Below are positions 34,837 to 48,062 of a stretch of DNA of 64,000 nt, one piece after another. Source of the DNA: Somniosus microcephalus (lineage: Eukaryota); contig CM126218.1 in assembly GCA_052327205.1 (NCBI GenBank), forward strand, positions 43,834,001-43,898,000. The letters run 5' to 3'. Numbering within the stretch: position 1 is the stretch's first letter; every line of letters begins with the position of its first letter. The position numbers and the translations under genes are program-made. Under the pieces are notes generated by a model. That model had not been told where the DNA came from, did not search any database, and saw nothing but the letters and a program-made list of their open reading frames with translations.

Positions 34837-35308
34837 TCAAACCCTACGAAGATGGCCTGATGGCATCCTTTGGCGGATCCCTTTTCCTCCAAATGTGGGT
34901 GTCTTCCTGAGCACCAGGAGCAGAGTGATAACTCTGTACTCATCCCTTTGAGAACTACAGGATTTGGACTACAGTTTTCTTAATGGCCCTAGCAACATTT
35001 AACTCTCTGGCATTATTACATAGCTGATGGCTTAATAGGGGTAATATTCCCATGGTTAGGGTTGATATGATTGTTGACCATTTTGAAATTCCTGTTTCTT
35101 ACAGTTCTAACATTTACTTGGTAGAACACTGTGCTAACCACACTTTTTATGTTTTTAACTTTTCTAAATTATGCATCAAAAGTAGCACATGAAACTCAGT
35201 TGTATGCATTACAAAGAATAACACAAACGATAATTTATTTCAGTCTTATGACTTATCTTGTAATTTGTTTACATAACAGTGACTGTACTACAAAGGTAAT
35301 CCATTGAT

Positions 35309-35378
35309 CGTAAAGCGCTTTGCAAGATCCTGGGGATGCGAAAGGTGCTTTATAAATGCACGTCCTTTCTTTTTTCTT
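35309..35378 (+). mobile_element. L2/DeuSINE 3' tail remnant
   Basis: gtaaagcgctttg...gaaaggtgctttataaatgca...ctttctttt. Confidence 0.6.
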
Positions 35379-35465
35379 GCTTATATCATCTGAACCCATG
35401 AATGTGTCACACATTCCAGCGCAAGTATTATCCAATGCATCAGAACCATTGACAACATACAATAC

Positions 35466-36431
35466 AGACTCGCATTTCTACAGTGACTTTCACGACCACC
35501 GGATGTCCCAAAGCACCTTACAGCCAATGAAGTACTTTTTGAAGTGTAGTCACTGTTGTAATGTAGGAATCGCAGCAGCCAATTTGCGCACAGCAAGCTC
35601 CCATAAACAGCAATGTGATAATGACCTGATAATCTGTGATGGTTAGTGATTTTTTTTATTCGTTTATGGGATGTGGGCATCGCTGGCAATGCCAGCATTT
35701 ATTGCCCATCCCTAATTGCCCTTGAGAAGGTGGTGGTGAGCCACCTTCTTGAACCGCTGTAGTCCGTGTGGTGAAAGTACTCCCACAGTGCTGTTAGGGA
35801 AGGAGTTCCAGGATTTTGACCAAGCAACGACATACTTCTAAGTCAGGATGGTGTGTGACTTGGAGGGGCTGGCGTTCCCATGCACCCGCTGCCCTTGTCC
35901 TTCTAGGTGGAAGAGGTCGCGGGTTTGGGAGGTGCTGCCGAAGAAGCCTTGGCGAGTTGCTGCAGTGCATCTTGTAGATGGTACACATTGCAGCTACAGT
36001 ACGCCAGTGGTGGAGGGAGTGAATGTTTAAGGTGGTGGATGGGGTGCCAATCAAGCGGGCTGCTTTGTTCTGGATGGTGTCGAGCTTCTTGAGTGTTGTT
36101 GGAGCTGCACTCATCCAGGCAAGTGGAGAGTATTCCATCACATTCCTTACTAGTACATGTTGATTGAGGGATAAATATTGAGGGATAAATAACTCCCCTG
36201 CTCTTCTTCGAAATAGTGCCATGGGATCTTTTACGTCCACCTGAGAGAGCAGACGGGGCCTCGGTTTAAAGTCTCATCCGAAAGACGGCACCTCCGACAG
36301 TGCAGCACTCCCTCAGCACTGCACTGGAGTGTCAGCCTGGATTTTAGTGCTCAAGTGTCTGGAGTGGGACTTGAACCCACAACCTTCTGACTCAGAGGTG
36401 AGAGTGCTACACACTGAGCCACAGCTAACAC
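35466..36431 (-). mobile_element. Full DeuSINE (SacSINE1-like) split by a LINE fragment
   Basis: Reverse complement: tRNA head (tggctcagtg..., ggttcaagtccc), Deu domain (gtgccgtctttcggatgagac...aaaagatcccatggcactatttcgaagaagagcagggg), L2-type tail. Confidence 0.85.
35650..36147 (-). mobile_element. LINE 3' fragment nested in the DeuSINE
   Basis: MEYSPLAWMSAAPTTLKKLDTIQNKAARLIG...IYKMHCSNSPRLL. Confidence 0.85.
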
Positions 36432-36862
36432 TGTACTGGCCGCGCTAGATGTGCTCCTGTCTAGTTATCCAGCAAGTTAAACACTTATTCAAAATAATTC
36501 TTTGTGAAGCCGTTTGCTGTTTGAAGCCTTTACTTGAACAATTTTTTGTGAAACTGTAAACAAAGATAAAGTATGTTTTGTACATAAACTGAGTACTATA
36601 CATTCGATATTACATAAGATATAAACATATTTACAACAGTAGAATAGACTAATTGTATAACTAACTAACATTTGGACTAACTTCTGTAACTATTAAATAT
36701 TAACCTTTTATAAACATAGTGTTATCAAAATACTACTCTGACAACGTTGCTATTATGCTAACAAACAAAGATACTCACAGATATTGCGCTTGGCCTAACA
36801 TATGAAATCAGATTACATTGGATTGTGAAACCCTCATGGAATCCTCCATTACTGCCAGGTTC

Positions 36863-37008
36863 TTCCTGGAATTCTACTTCCTGGGATTCTACTTCCTGGG
36901 TTACACAGGAAGAAAGGTATGAAGGTCAAATGACCTCTCACAGGAAGAAAGGAACAAAGGTCAAATGACCTCACACAGGAAGAAAGGAACAAAGGTCAAA
37001 TGACCTCT
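36863..37008. promoter_or_regulatory. 15-bp x3 and 35-bp x3 repeats carrying STAT-like, ETS-like and nuclear-receptor palindromic motifs
   Basis: TTCCTGGAA at 36863; CAGGAAG and AGGTCAaaTGACCT in each 35-bp unit (36904, 36939, 36974); repeats are certain, function is inferred. Confidence 0.45.
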
Positions 37009-38796
37009 GCTTCATACAAACACACTGCTAACACAATAACCACCACCAGAGTGTGCTACTGCATGTAAAATAGTCCATCGGTCCAGAACAAACACAGCAT
37101 TCGTTTATTGCCTGTGTCTCATGCTGAATAGGATAGAGGTGAGGACTGTTCTGCTTATATACATGGAAGACCTGCAACTGCATAAGGTAGGACAGTGGGA
37201 CAAAGCAGACAGGCTGAGTCTCCAGTGGTGACATATGAACTGAGTGATAAATTTTTCAAAAGGGCTTTACAGTCATGTAGAGTGAAGATCATAGATTACA
37301 GTGGCTAGTCCTGTCTCTGGACGAAGAGAGATAGCACAAAGCTGACCCAGTTTAACAGTCTTATCATTGGGCTGTGCTACATGTGAAAACATAAAATTGA
37401 TATTCGGTACTTTGGGGACGCCCCAGTGAGGATGGATGGAGATATAAAAGAGACTGAAAAGGAAGCAGTCTCCTCCACAACTGAGTTGGGGGAGGATTGT
37501 CTGCAATAATTAAACAAAATCCTTCTGTCAAACTCTCTCCAATCTTCACTTTAATGACAATGATACAATTAAAATGTAGACTAAAGTAACACCTTGCCAG
37601 TTATGTTAACTGTGCTGTGGAAGTGAGTCAGTACCTCAAGATTATCTTATTTCATATTTTATCATGTAATTAATGAAAATACACCTTTCCATCTCCCCAT
37701 GCCTTTTAAAAATGTAATTATTTGCAGTTTTCCACAAGTGGATTTCCATAAGATAATATTTTTGCATGAACGTAAATAATTTTCTGTAAAAGTATTGGAT
37801 TCAGGGATCTGATTTTGTCCACATTTTGATTTATGTTAGATATTCTTCGACGTCAGTGTTGCTACTATGTATAGCTTTAGATTCTAACTGATAACTTGAC
37901 TCTTATTTTCTTCACTTTGTTGGCATTTTATTGTAGATGAGGTTTTATTGTAACCTTTTTTTTGAAGATATAAATGTTGAACAGTTTCGGCTTTTGATCA
38001 GTGAGAAAATCTAACAAGAAGTGACAGTTCTTCAGGAATCGCATCGCCCCTGTGGGAATATGAAAGGCTGCCATGTCGACAATGACACACACAAGCAAGC
38101 CCAAGCCCAAGCTTATATTGATCTGATAGGACTGATCTTGATGATTTGATCTTTCAGCTGAACTGAATGCATTTGAACTTTTTTGTTGCACTTCTGATGA
38201 ATACGGCCACGCATCGCCAAGAGGTCACAGCCAGAATCCAGAGAGTAGAAATAGTACTGACAGTGCACAATGTACAAGGAGAGAGGTGTTAACCCTGAAA
38301 AGGACTCTGAATGCAAGTGAGGATCCTTACCTTAAAATCACCGCTGTTATTTTATGCAGTTGTTTTATTATGTAATGTGAAGTTAGCAATAGTAAAATCT
38401 GTATTCGAAGATATTTGTCAAATATTAGTAGCACTGTCTTTAAAATGATGCCACCTGGTGGATTTATTTCAGTATTACATCTATAAACAAATTGAATGAA
38501 GCTTGTGTTATTGAACAACTCCAGTATTAAGCAAATGTAAACTGAGGTGTTAATTATTTAAGCCAATAATTGTAGTGGATTTATGTTTATCATCATTGAT
38601 GAAATAACATTTTTAATTACACTGATCTGTTATACAATATCACCAAGGTCAAGTGATTGGAAAATTTTGTATTTTAAACCTTACAATTTTACTGGGTACA
38701 ATTCGGGGCCAAATAATTAAAGCATGCTACTGGCATGCTACTGGCCTTATTTAAGTATTAAAATTCAATAGTAATCTTTGGATTTTACAATTTGGG

Positions 38797-39585
38797 AACA
38801 TAGGAACAGGAGTCAACCATTCAGCCTCTTGAGCCTGTTCTACGATTAAGTTTAAAGAAAGCCAAGTTTATGCAACCTGTCCTCGTAATTTAACCCTTTA
38901 AGCTCCTGCATCATTCTTGTGAATCTGCCACTGTATCTCTCCTGAGGTCCGGTATCCAAAACTGAACGCGGTGCTCCAGATGTGGTCTGACCAAGGCCCT
39001 GTACAACTGAAGCAAAACTTCCTTCCTTTTGAAGAATACAGGAATAAAATGGTCGCCTAAGCATCCAGTAGGGAGGGCAGCGTGCTTGCTCACATTCTAC
39101 GCCCAAAGTGCGCTGCCTACCATATTGGTGAAGGCCCCTGTATAGCTGTCTCCCTCCCTTTTTAAATAATGAGGTCACATTTGCAATTTTCTAATCCAAA
39201 GGCACAATTCCTGAATCTAGAGAGCTTTGGAAAATTATGATGAATGCATCTGTATTTTCCTCACCTATTTCTTTTAATACCCTGGGGTGAAAACCATCGG
39301 GCCCTGGAGATTTGTCTATCTTGAGCCCCATTAGTCTCTCCATTACCATTTGTTTAATTATATTAAATCCACTAAGTTCCTCCCCTTGACTTATTATTAG
39401 GTTCCCTTGTAATGCTGGCATTTTGTCCTCTTCCTCCACTATGAAAATAAATACAAGGTGCTCATTTAACAAGTCTGCTGTTTCCTCATTATCTATTATA
39501 GTCTCGCCTGCATCCGTCTTTAATGGGCCCACATTCTCCTTTGCCTCTCTCTTCCTCTCAGTATATTTATAAAAACTTTTGCTTT
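38797..39585 (-). mobile_element. Fragmented CR1 with a small MITE-like piece at about 39040-39140
   Basis: KSPGPDGFHPRVLKE; LLQLYRALVRPHLE; tail at 38797. Confidence 0.8.
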
Positions 39586-39855
39586 ACACAGCCACCTGAA
39601 CCCCAAGAGTGTACTACAGCCTTAAGCATATGTTTTTAGAAAAAAACTTTTCAGAGCCTTCCCAAGGGAGAGTTAGTGACAAAGATGGATTTTCAGTTCC
39701 CACCACTAACTGGTGGCATTATGGCTATTGAGCTTTTATATAAGGCTGTTCATCAACAGAAGGAAAATAAGCTATTTTACAATCGTGCAATGCTAAATTA
39801 AGTGTATACTGTGGCCAACTAATAAGATATAATTTACTAAGATAAAATACACTTT

Positions 39856-40038
39856 GGCCAGAATTTTGTGGGGGGTCAGCGGCCACGGTCCTTTCCCAAT
39901 GTCGGGTCTGTCATTGCTGATAACAAGCCCTATCAACGGAAAATCATTTTAGACAATGGGATGGAGCCAGCAGCAGGGTCGGGACCTGCCACCGATGTTG
40001 CCCGCCCCGGACCCACCGAGGTTAGCAAAATCCTGGCC
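39856..40038. mobile_element. 183-bp Harbinger-type MITE
   Basis: GGCCAGAATTTTG / CAAAATCCTGGCC, TSD TTT. Confidence 0.85.
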
Positions 40039-40961
40039 TTTGTCTCTGAAATCACTATTAGCTTTTGAATGCTTAATGTGCTTGTTTGAAATTCCTCTAC
40101 CCGGTATTTAGCAGACGAATGAGCTCATTTAAAATAAATAGATGAACACCTGCACTAAAATAACAAAGAGAAAGATTTCAGATGAACACATTGAGCATTC
40201 ATGTGTTATTATCCAATGGTCCAGTTTCAGGCCCTCTCTGTTTCACAGAGGTGGCAGATTGCACCTATACAAAGGATACTGATTGGTTACCAGCGAATTA
40301 CAAAATATAATCCCTTCAAGGGTTTCAGCTGATGTCATAAAACAACAGAGGAAAGCTTAAATGTTTTTGCCCATCATCTGAAATATGAAATTGAATCACT
40401 AACTAAATTCACAGACATGTCTGATGTTTGTCATATGTAGTAGATTGTTATTTGTAATCTGAAATATAATTTATTAACATTGATAAAAGCCAAATGTATT
40501 CACTGCCCCTTAATAAAAGGAATGGCAATTAATATAGGAACTCACAGAGTTTAATTTGCAAGTGATCTTACCAGGATATTTTTGACCAATTGAGCAAAGA
40601 GACAGATAAATGACCTTTGTGATCTAAACTCAGCATTCAAGCGGCTGTTATAAACTGCTGCTGCCTCACTTTTGTAGTTTAAGGGTGCATTTACACGGCA
40701 CATTGTGAAGCAGTCTTGGCTTTGCATTGATGCTAAACTTCTAGGAGTTGAATTTCCAAGGGAATTCCCCTGATTATCTGCCTGAACTCCAGCTGAAGAT
40801 CCGCGGAAATCCCAGAGAAACGTGGAAGTTAAAGCCCATGGTGTGTAAAATGGGTGTAAAGGCCCAAACTGAATGCAAAATGAAGCAAACCTGCGATTGC
40901 CAGTGCCAGGAATCTCACTCTGCTTTGCCTGGTCGGATCCTGACTCTGGATTAAAGGTGGA

Positions 40962-41031
40962 TTTGCACTATAACTGTAGCGTAGGTGTGAAACAAAACTG
41001 CTTCATACAAACACTACAGTTATAGTGTAAA
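40962..41031. other. 70-nt imperfect hairpin
   Basis: tttgcactataactgtagcgtaggtgtgaaaca-aaac-tgcttcatacaaacactacagttatagtgtaaa. Confidence 0.75.
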
Positions 41032-41291
41032 GGCATCCTAAGACATTATCTGGGGCCCTTGTTTGGAATACAGTTTTGTAAGCCACTCCTGGGTGTGCTT
41101 AATTTTATATCTTATGACAATTTTCATTTTAGGAGTGACAGACTGAAATTGACAACAGTAGGAATCTACTGTACATTAACAATAGCAGGCAGGTGGGAGT
41201 GAGTACATTTAGTAACAGCTTTTGGATTCAGATAGTAGATAGAGGCCTTAGATTATGTGGAAATGCTTTTATTAAGACACTTGGAACAATA

Positions 41292-41450
41292 CAACAACAA
41301 AAAACTTGCAGCATTTATATAGCACCTTCAGCATAGTAAAACACCCCAAGGTGCTTCACAGGAGCGTAATCAGACAAAAACATTGACACCGAGCCAATAG
41401 GCTTAAAGGAGCATCTTAAAGGAGGAAAGAAAGGTGGAGAGGCGGAATGG
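41292..41450 (-). mobile_element. L2 3' fragment
   Basis: Homologous to 904-1100 and 45712-45900. Confidence 0.75.
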
Positions 41451-41471
41451 GGGCACTTTTCTAATAAACAT

Positions 41472-43370
41472 TTTCCAACTGTTTCTCCCTATCTCTGCTC
41501 GATTAAATCCCTTCATAATTTTGAACACCTCTATTAAATATCCCCTTAACCTTCTCTGCTCTAAGGAGAACAATCCCAGCTTCTCCAGTCTCTCCATTTA
41601 CCTGAAGTCTCTCATCCCTGGTACCATTCTAGTAAATCTGCTCTGGACCCTCTTCAAGGCCTTGACATCCTTCCTAAAGTGTGGTGCCCAGAATTGGACA
41701 CAATACTCCAGCTGAGACCTGACTAGTGATTTATAAAGGTTTAATATAGGTTCTTTGCTTTTGTACTTTATGCCTCTATTTATAAAGCCCGGGGTCCCAG
41801 GTGCTTTTTTAACAGCCTTATCAACTAGTGAAAGAGGAGGTAGTTGAGATACTGGATGGGATAAAAATTGATAAAGAGGAGGTACTAGAAAGGCTGGCTA
41901 TCCTTAAAGTTGATAAGTCACCAGAACCAGATGGGATGCATCCTAGGATGCTGAGGGAAGTAAAGGTGGAAATTGTGGAGGTACTGGCCATAATCTTCCA
42001 ATCCTCCATAGATATGGGGGTGGTTCCAGAGGACTGGAGAATTGCAAATGTTACACCCTTGTTCAAAAAAGAGTGTAAGGATAAACCCAGTAGTTTGACC
42101 TCAGTAGTGGGGAAGCTTTTAGAAACAGTAATCAGTGACAAAATTAACAGTCACTTGGACAAGTGTGAATTAATTAAGGAAAGCCAGCATGGATTTGTTA
42201 AAGGCAAATAATGTTTAACGAACTTGATTGAGTTCTTTGATCAGGGTAATGCAGTTGATGTAGTGTACATGGATTTCCAAAAGGTGTTCAACAAAGAGCC
42301 ACATAATAGGCTTGCCAACAAAGTTGAAGCCCATGGAATAAAAGGGACAGTGGCAGCATGGATAGGAAATTGCCTAAGTGACAGGAAGCAGAGAGTAATG
42401 GTGAACGGTTGTTTTTCAGACTGGAGGAAGGTACACAGTGGTGTTCCCCAGGGGGCGGTACTAGGACCACTGCTTTTCTTGATATATATTAATGACTTGG
42501 ACTTGGGTGTACAGGGCACAATTTCAAAATTTGCAGATGACACAAAACTTGGAAGTATAGTGAACAGTGAGGAGGATAGTGATAGACTTCAAGAAGTCAT
42601 AGACAGGCTGGTGGAATGGGCGGACATGTGGGAGATGAAGTTTAACGCAGAAAAGTGCAAAGTGATACATTTTGGTAGGAAGAATGAGGCGAGGCAATAT
42701 AAACTATAAGGGTGCAAAAAAGATTAACAAGAATGGTTCCAGGGATGAGGGACTTCAGTTACGTGGATAGTCTGGAGAAGCTGGGGTTGTTCTCCTTAGA
42801 GCAGAGAAGGTTGAGAGGACATTTGATAGAAGTGTTCAAAATCATGAGGGGTCTGGACAGAGTAGAGAGAGAGAAACTGTTCCCATTGGCAGAAGTGTCG
42901 ATAACCAGAGGACACAGATTCAAGGTGATTGGCAGAAGATCCAAAGGCGACATGAGGAAAAACTTTTTTCCGCAGCGAGTGTTTAGGATCTGGAATGCAC
43001 TGCCTGAAAGGGTGGTGGAGGCAGATTCAATCGTGGCTTTCAAAAAGGAATTGGATAAGTACCTGAAGGAAATAAAAATACAGGGCTGTGGGGAAAGGGC
43101 GGGGGAGTGGGACTAGCTGAAGTGCTCTTGCAGAGAGCCAGCATGGGCTCGATGGGCTGAATAGTCTCCTTCTATGCTGTAACTATTCTATGTTTCTATG
43201 ATTCTAATGTGTCCTGCCACCTTCCAAGATTTGTGTATGTGAACACCCAGGTCTCTGTGTTGCTGCACCCCTTTCAAAATTGTATCATTTAGTTTATTTT
43301 GCCTTTCCTCATTCTGCCTTCCAAAATGCATCACTTGACACTCTGCATTGAATTTCATCTGTCATGTATC
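41472..43370 (-). mobile_element. CR1 fragment (41472-41826 and 43206-43370) interrupted by an opposite-strand CR1
   Basis: RLEKLGLFSLEQRRLRG on minus; sequence resumes after the insert. Confidence 0.78.
41827..43205 (+). mobile_element. 5'-truncated, internally deleted CR1
   Basis: KSPEPDGMHPR, GVPQGAVLGP, FADD, RRLRGHL, (ttctatg)n tail. Confidence 0.9.
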
Positions 43371-43529
43371 TGTGCTTCAGTCTGAAGTAAATGGATCTTT
43401 GGACTGTGTTTGGAGAGTTTTTTGTGGTTTCTTGATGTTTTCTTTTTAAGAACGTTAAATTGCAAATAATGCAGGGTTTGACCAACATATGCACTAAATT
43501 GCTAGATTGCTAGGACAGTGTCAGTAATG

Positions 43530-43640
43530 AAGCAGTTCAGGAAGTCGGCTCACCACCACCTTCTCAAGGGCAATCAGGAATGGACAATAATTGCTGGCTT
43601 TGCCAGCGACGCCCATATCCCGCGAATGAATTAAAAAAAA
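43530..43640 (+). mobile_element. LINE 3' tail (family of 34479-34836)
   Basis: gctcaccaccaccttctcaagggcaat...gaatgaattaaaaaaaa. Confidence 0.75.
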
Positions 43641-44656
43641 TAATTCACCTGGAGTTTATATTTGAATTTCTTCCATCAATAAACTAACTTATTTTAAAGT
43701 GAAAAAGAATTCAGTACAATATAAACAATATTGAACATCTTTAGCTTAGCCTTTCTCTGTTCATTGCTCTGTGTTACCAGCCGTATGCTGATGGTGCAGA
43801 AATGTTTTGAATTCTCTTTCTTCAGCGATCTTAAAACTATTAATTAACTCAACCATAGCATAATGTCCTTGAATATGTTTGAAATTTATTAATATTTCTC
43901 TGCAGCATTAAATGCAAACTATCTAATTAAATCTTAAACTTAAACACAAGCTCAGTTTGATTACTAAATATAAATCAGTTCCTGTGTTGGGTTAGAAGAT
44001 ATTCCCCTAATTGCTACAATCAACTCAATTAAATTCTATGACCTCTACAGTGTGCATTAATTATACTGCTGTTACATTGTTACTTCCCCCCAATAATATT
44101 GACTAAGATATTAATCTTGGAGAAAGAATAATCCTTATCTGAATATTACTAATTAAATGATATTTCCTGTTCATCTTTATGTATCACCTTTCCCTTCTTC
44201 TTGAGGGCTTTATCCTCCGTAGTACTTTTAATTTAATTGTATTACCTCCACTCTTGCTGATAGTTAACGTACCGGATTATTTCCTTATGTTGTTGCTCAC
44301 TTTCTTCTTCAGGATCGGTTACTTTTGCTCTGTTTTGTCAGGAAGCTGTGAGAACCTGATGGGGAACAGCTTCTTTGCTAACCCAGAGAGACACTAGTTC
44401 ACGGAAGGGCCTTTTCTGGAGGGTCTGTAGAAGCAAAAGATCTACAAGCCGCAAGTCGAATGAGCCACAAGTCAAAGTGGGCACTGACTGTACCATGTGT
44501 GCTTGACTGGGAGCAGTTCCATTCTAATCCAGGATGACACCAACTCCCTGAGGTTCCTTTTCCAGAAGGTGTGGGGCAGCAAAAGAGCTGCTTGGACTTG
44601 GAGAAGAAAGTTAGTTTGGAAAGTGCTTGCTCCGTTGTCATGGTAATAGTACCTGG

Positions 44657-45403
44657 GGGCCAGAAATTCAGGTCGGAGGCTTCCCGTGGGTGCAAGCCTC
44701 CGACCTGCACTTAGCTACCGCGCCGGCCATTGTGCTGTGGGCCCGCGTGGGATTCCGATCCTGGGCCTGCTCCAGCTGCCGGCGCGCAGTGCTTGCGTAT
44801 CCCAGGGGCGCAGTTAGTTCGAAGCGTCGCCTGGGATCACGTGGGCCATGGGGAGCCAATGATAGCAGGGAACCTCTATTCATAGATTTGACAGAAAGAC
44901 CTGTCAAATCTATGAATAGAGATCGGCCCCAAAACATAACTAAAACTTCAAATAAATTTTTTTAAAACATCACATTTCTAAAATAACTATAAATTACATA
45001 AAATAACTATTTTAAACAATAATTTAAATTTTGAAAAAATTAATTACAGTTTTTAATGGGGCTAAAAATAAACTTACCATTCTTTAAAGTATTTAAAAAT
45101 AATAAACCTGTGGAAAAATGTTTTTAATTTTACTTAATTCACCACTTACCTTGTTAAAAGCAGGCCTTGCGACTGCTTTTTAAAAGTATAGCTGCTGGAG
45201 ACTTACCCTCCCGGAGAAACCTGTAAAAAAAATGGAAGTTTCAGGCGTCGCGCTGCCTCTCCGGCGCACGCGTTCGACCTGTGAACCCCTTCCTTCAAGG
45301 GAACGGAAGTTCCGGTTTCCAGCGCATGCGCAGTGCATGCACGAAACCGGCACTTTAGTTGACCCAACGCGTACTCACCCGTGGGGACCCGAATTTCTGG
45401 CTC
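44657..45403. mobile_element. Harbinger-type MITE, inverted homolog of 15647-16414
   Basis: GGGCCAGAAATTC / GAATTTCTGGCTC; internal perfect 21-bp stem at 44874-44921; TSD not intact. Confidence 0.82.
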
Positions 45404-45711
45404 TATTAATAGTGACAGTGAGCTTTATCTCTGCCTGGGCTGTCAGCAATGCAGTACACTGTTAAGAATTCCATAATCCTTCTCACATTGCAATTTTTTT
45501 TTGTGTGAGAAACATTCTGGATTGCATTGGGAATCTCTCATTCCTGGAAAAATGGACAGATTCCTCCACTCCCATAAGTGGTATATTTTGATCATTTGGG
45601 GCAGTACCATTACCACTTCTCACAAACATGTCTAAGTCACACAAAGATTTTCCAATGTCCTGTAGTGATTGCCAGGTTTGTTTTTAAACTCCCTCAACTC
45701 ATCTCACTCAA

Positions 45712-46710
45712 TAACAACAACTTGCATTTATATAGTGCCTTTAACGTAGTAAAATGTCCCAAGGCGCTTCACAGGAGTGTAATCAGACTAATATTGACAC
45801 TGAGCCAAAGAAGGAGACATTAGGACAAGTGACCAAATGCTTGGTCAAAGAGGTATGTTTTAAGCAGCATCTTAAAGGGGGAGAGCGAAGTGGAAGGGCG
45901 ATGAGGTTTGAGGAGGGTATTCTAGAGCTTAGGGCCTAGACGGCTGATGGCGCAGCTGCCAATGGTGGAGCGAAGGAAGTGGGGGATGCACAAGCGGCCA
46001 GAGTTGGAGGAATACCGAGTTCTCGGAGTGTTGTTGGGCCCTGAGGAGGTATGGAGAGAGAGAAGGGCGAGGCCCTGGAGGGATTTGAACACGACGATGA
46101 GAATTTATAATCGAGGGATTTGTGGACCGGGAGCCAATGTGGGTTAGCGAGCACTGGGGTTGATGGGTGAACGGGACTTGGTGCGAGTTCGGACACTGAC
46201 CGGGAGCCAATGTAGGTTAGCGAGCACTGGGGTTGATGGGTGAACGGGACTTGGTGCGAGTTCGGATTCGGGCAGCAGAGTTTTGGATGAGCTCAAGTTT
46301 ATGGAGGGTGGAAGAAGGGAGGCCGGCCAGGAGATCATTGGAATAGTCGAGTCTGAAGGTAACAAAAGTATGTTTCCGAGTGACTTCTATTTATTATCTT
46401 TGTCTTAACTTTCCAACACTTCCAATTCAATAATATCCAATTCAATAAGCAAGCTTTGATGCCATTTTGTTTTTGTTTATCTGTTCAGTGTATTAATGTA
46501 GGATGCATGTTTGCGTTTTGCTAGCTGGTTTACTTGAATGTCTTCCAATGAGTTTCAGCATCAGCAGATGGGCTGAGGCAGGGGGGAGACGGGCGATATT
46601 ACAGAGGTAGAAGTAGGCGATCCTTGTGATGGAGAGGTTTATGGGGTTGGAAGCTCAGCTCGGTCAAATAGGTCGGCGAAGTTGCGAACAGTATGGTATA
46701 GTTTGGTACA
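45712..46710 (-). mobile_element. L2 LINE 3' portion with a 72-bp internal duplication and an interruption at about 46370-46545
   Basis: LDYSN..LAGLP...[12 protein letters not shown]-type C-terminus; direct duplicate at about 46126 and 46198. Confidence 0.82.
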
Positions 46711-48062
46711 GACCCCAGGGACACTTAAAATTACATTGGTCTGTTTATCTAAAAATAATACAGAAACTTTCCTGTTTTAGCATCACAGTCTCTGCTTCTC
46801 ACAGTGAGGTAAGGGGAAATATATTTTTAGTCACAGGAGATCGAAGTCAGATGAACTTTACTTTTTATTCCCCTCTGCTTATTTTCAGTTTCTAATTTCT
46901 TCATCCAATTATCTCTCTGGTTCTTCTTCCCTCCTCTGCTTCATCGGTGCTTGAAGTGTTTGGAGGACTGCTGCGATGAGGGGATAACGTGGTCAATCAG
47001 AACCACCTGATAGCTGGGGCCTGAACTATTTTGTAGCACTTTGGGAAACAGCCAATGAGTGGATGGAAATGCCAGCATAGCTGCCCTGCTAGTCTGTGAC
47101 TGAATGTATGTCTGCAAGGTCACCAATAGGCTAGAGTGCATGCTGTCTATAATCTGCCAACCCCTTCATATTACAGCAGTGACAGCCCCTTATCTTTGCT
47201 TTTTTTTCTATTATCATAAAGAATATGGAAGTACAGGTACAACTTACTTACCTTAGCCTCTGAGACACAAAAACTGTAGCCATCATATCCACAATCTCTT
47301 TTTCTCCAATCATAGTATCTTAGAATAGTTACAGCACAGAAGGAGTAGCTGTACTTTTTAGGGATAACATAATGGTAGTAGAAAAAGTGATGTAGATATC
47401 GGCAAGACAAAAATAGAATCCATATGGATAGAGATAAAAGATAGTGGAAGGGAGGTGGAGGAAGAAATATGCAGACAAAATCGGGAAATGAGTAAAAAAC
47501 ATAGAATAATAATCATGAGGGATTTCAACTACCCAATAATAATTGGACAGAAGAGGTAGGTAAAGGGGATAAGGGAATGGAGTTCCTACAACGTGTACAG
47601 GACTCCTTTCTAACCCAATATGTAAAAAGCCCAACAAGGAAGGATTCACTATTGGATCTAGTAATGGGGAATGAACCAGAGCAGATAAGAGAAGTAAAAG
47701 TAGGGGAACATATAGGCAATAGTGACCATAGTATAATATGCTTTAAGATGATAATTGGGAAGAACATAAGTATGACAAAAGCCAGGTTGGAGAAAAGCTG
47801 GTTTTGAATGGCTGAGAATAGAACTTGGGGGGGGGGGGGGTGGGGGGGGGGAATGGGCAACAATATTGGCAAACAAGGATGTAGAACAGCAATGGGAAAC
47901 ATTTAAAACAGTGTTCAACGGAGTGCAGGAAAAATATATTCCGCTAAAAGGAAAGAACAAACTAAACAATAATGAGACTCCATGGATGAATAAAGCCATA
48001 AGGGAACAATTGAGGGTAAGGAAAGAGGCAAACATTAATACATAGACAGCAGGGGAGTGTGT

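Noticed and set aside
36345-36431. tRNA gene
   Set aside because: A and B boxes belong to the SINE head; no complete cloverleaf
47828-47851. G-quadruplex-forming G run
   Set aside because: Homopolymer expansion inside a decayed CR1 with unreliable length; the same applies to the C run at about 32380
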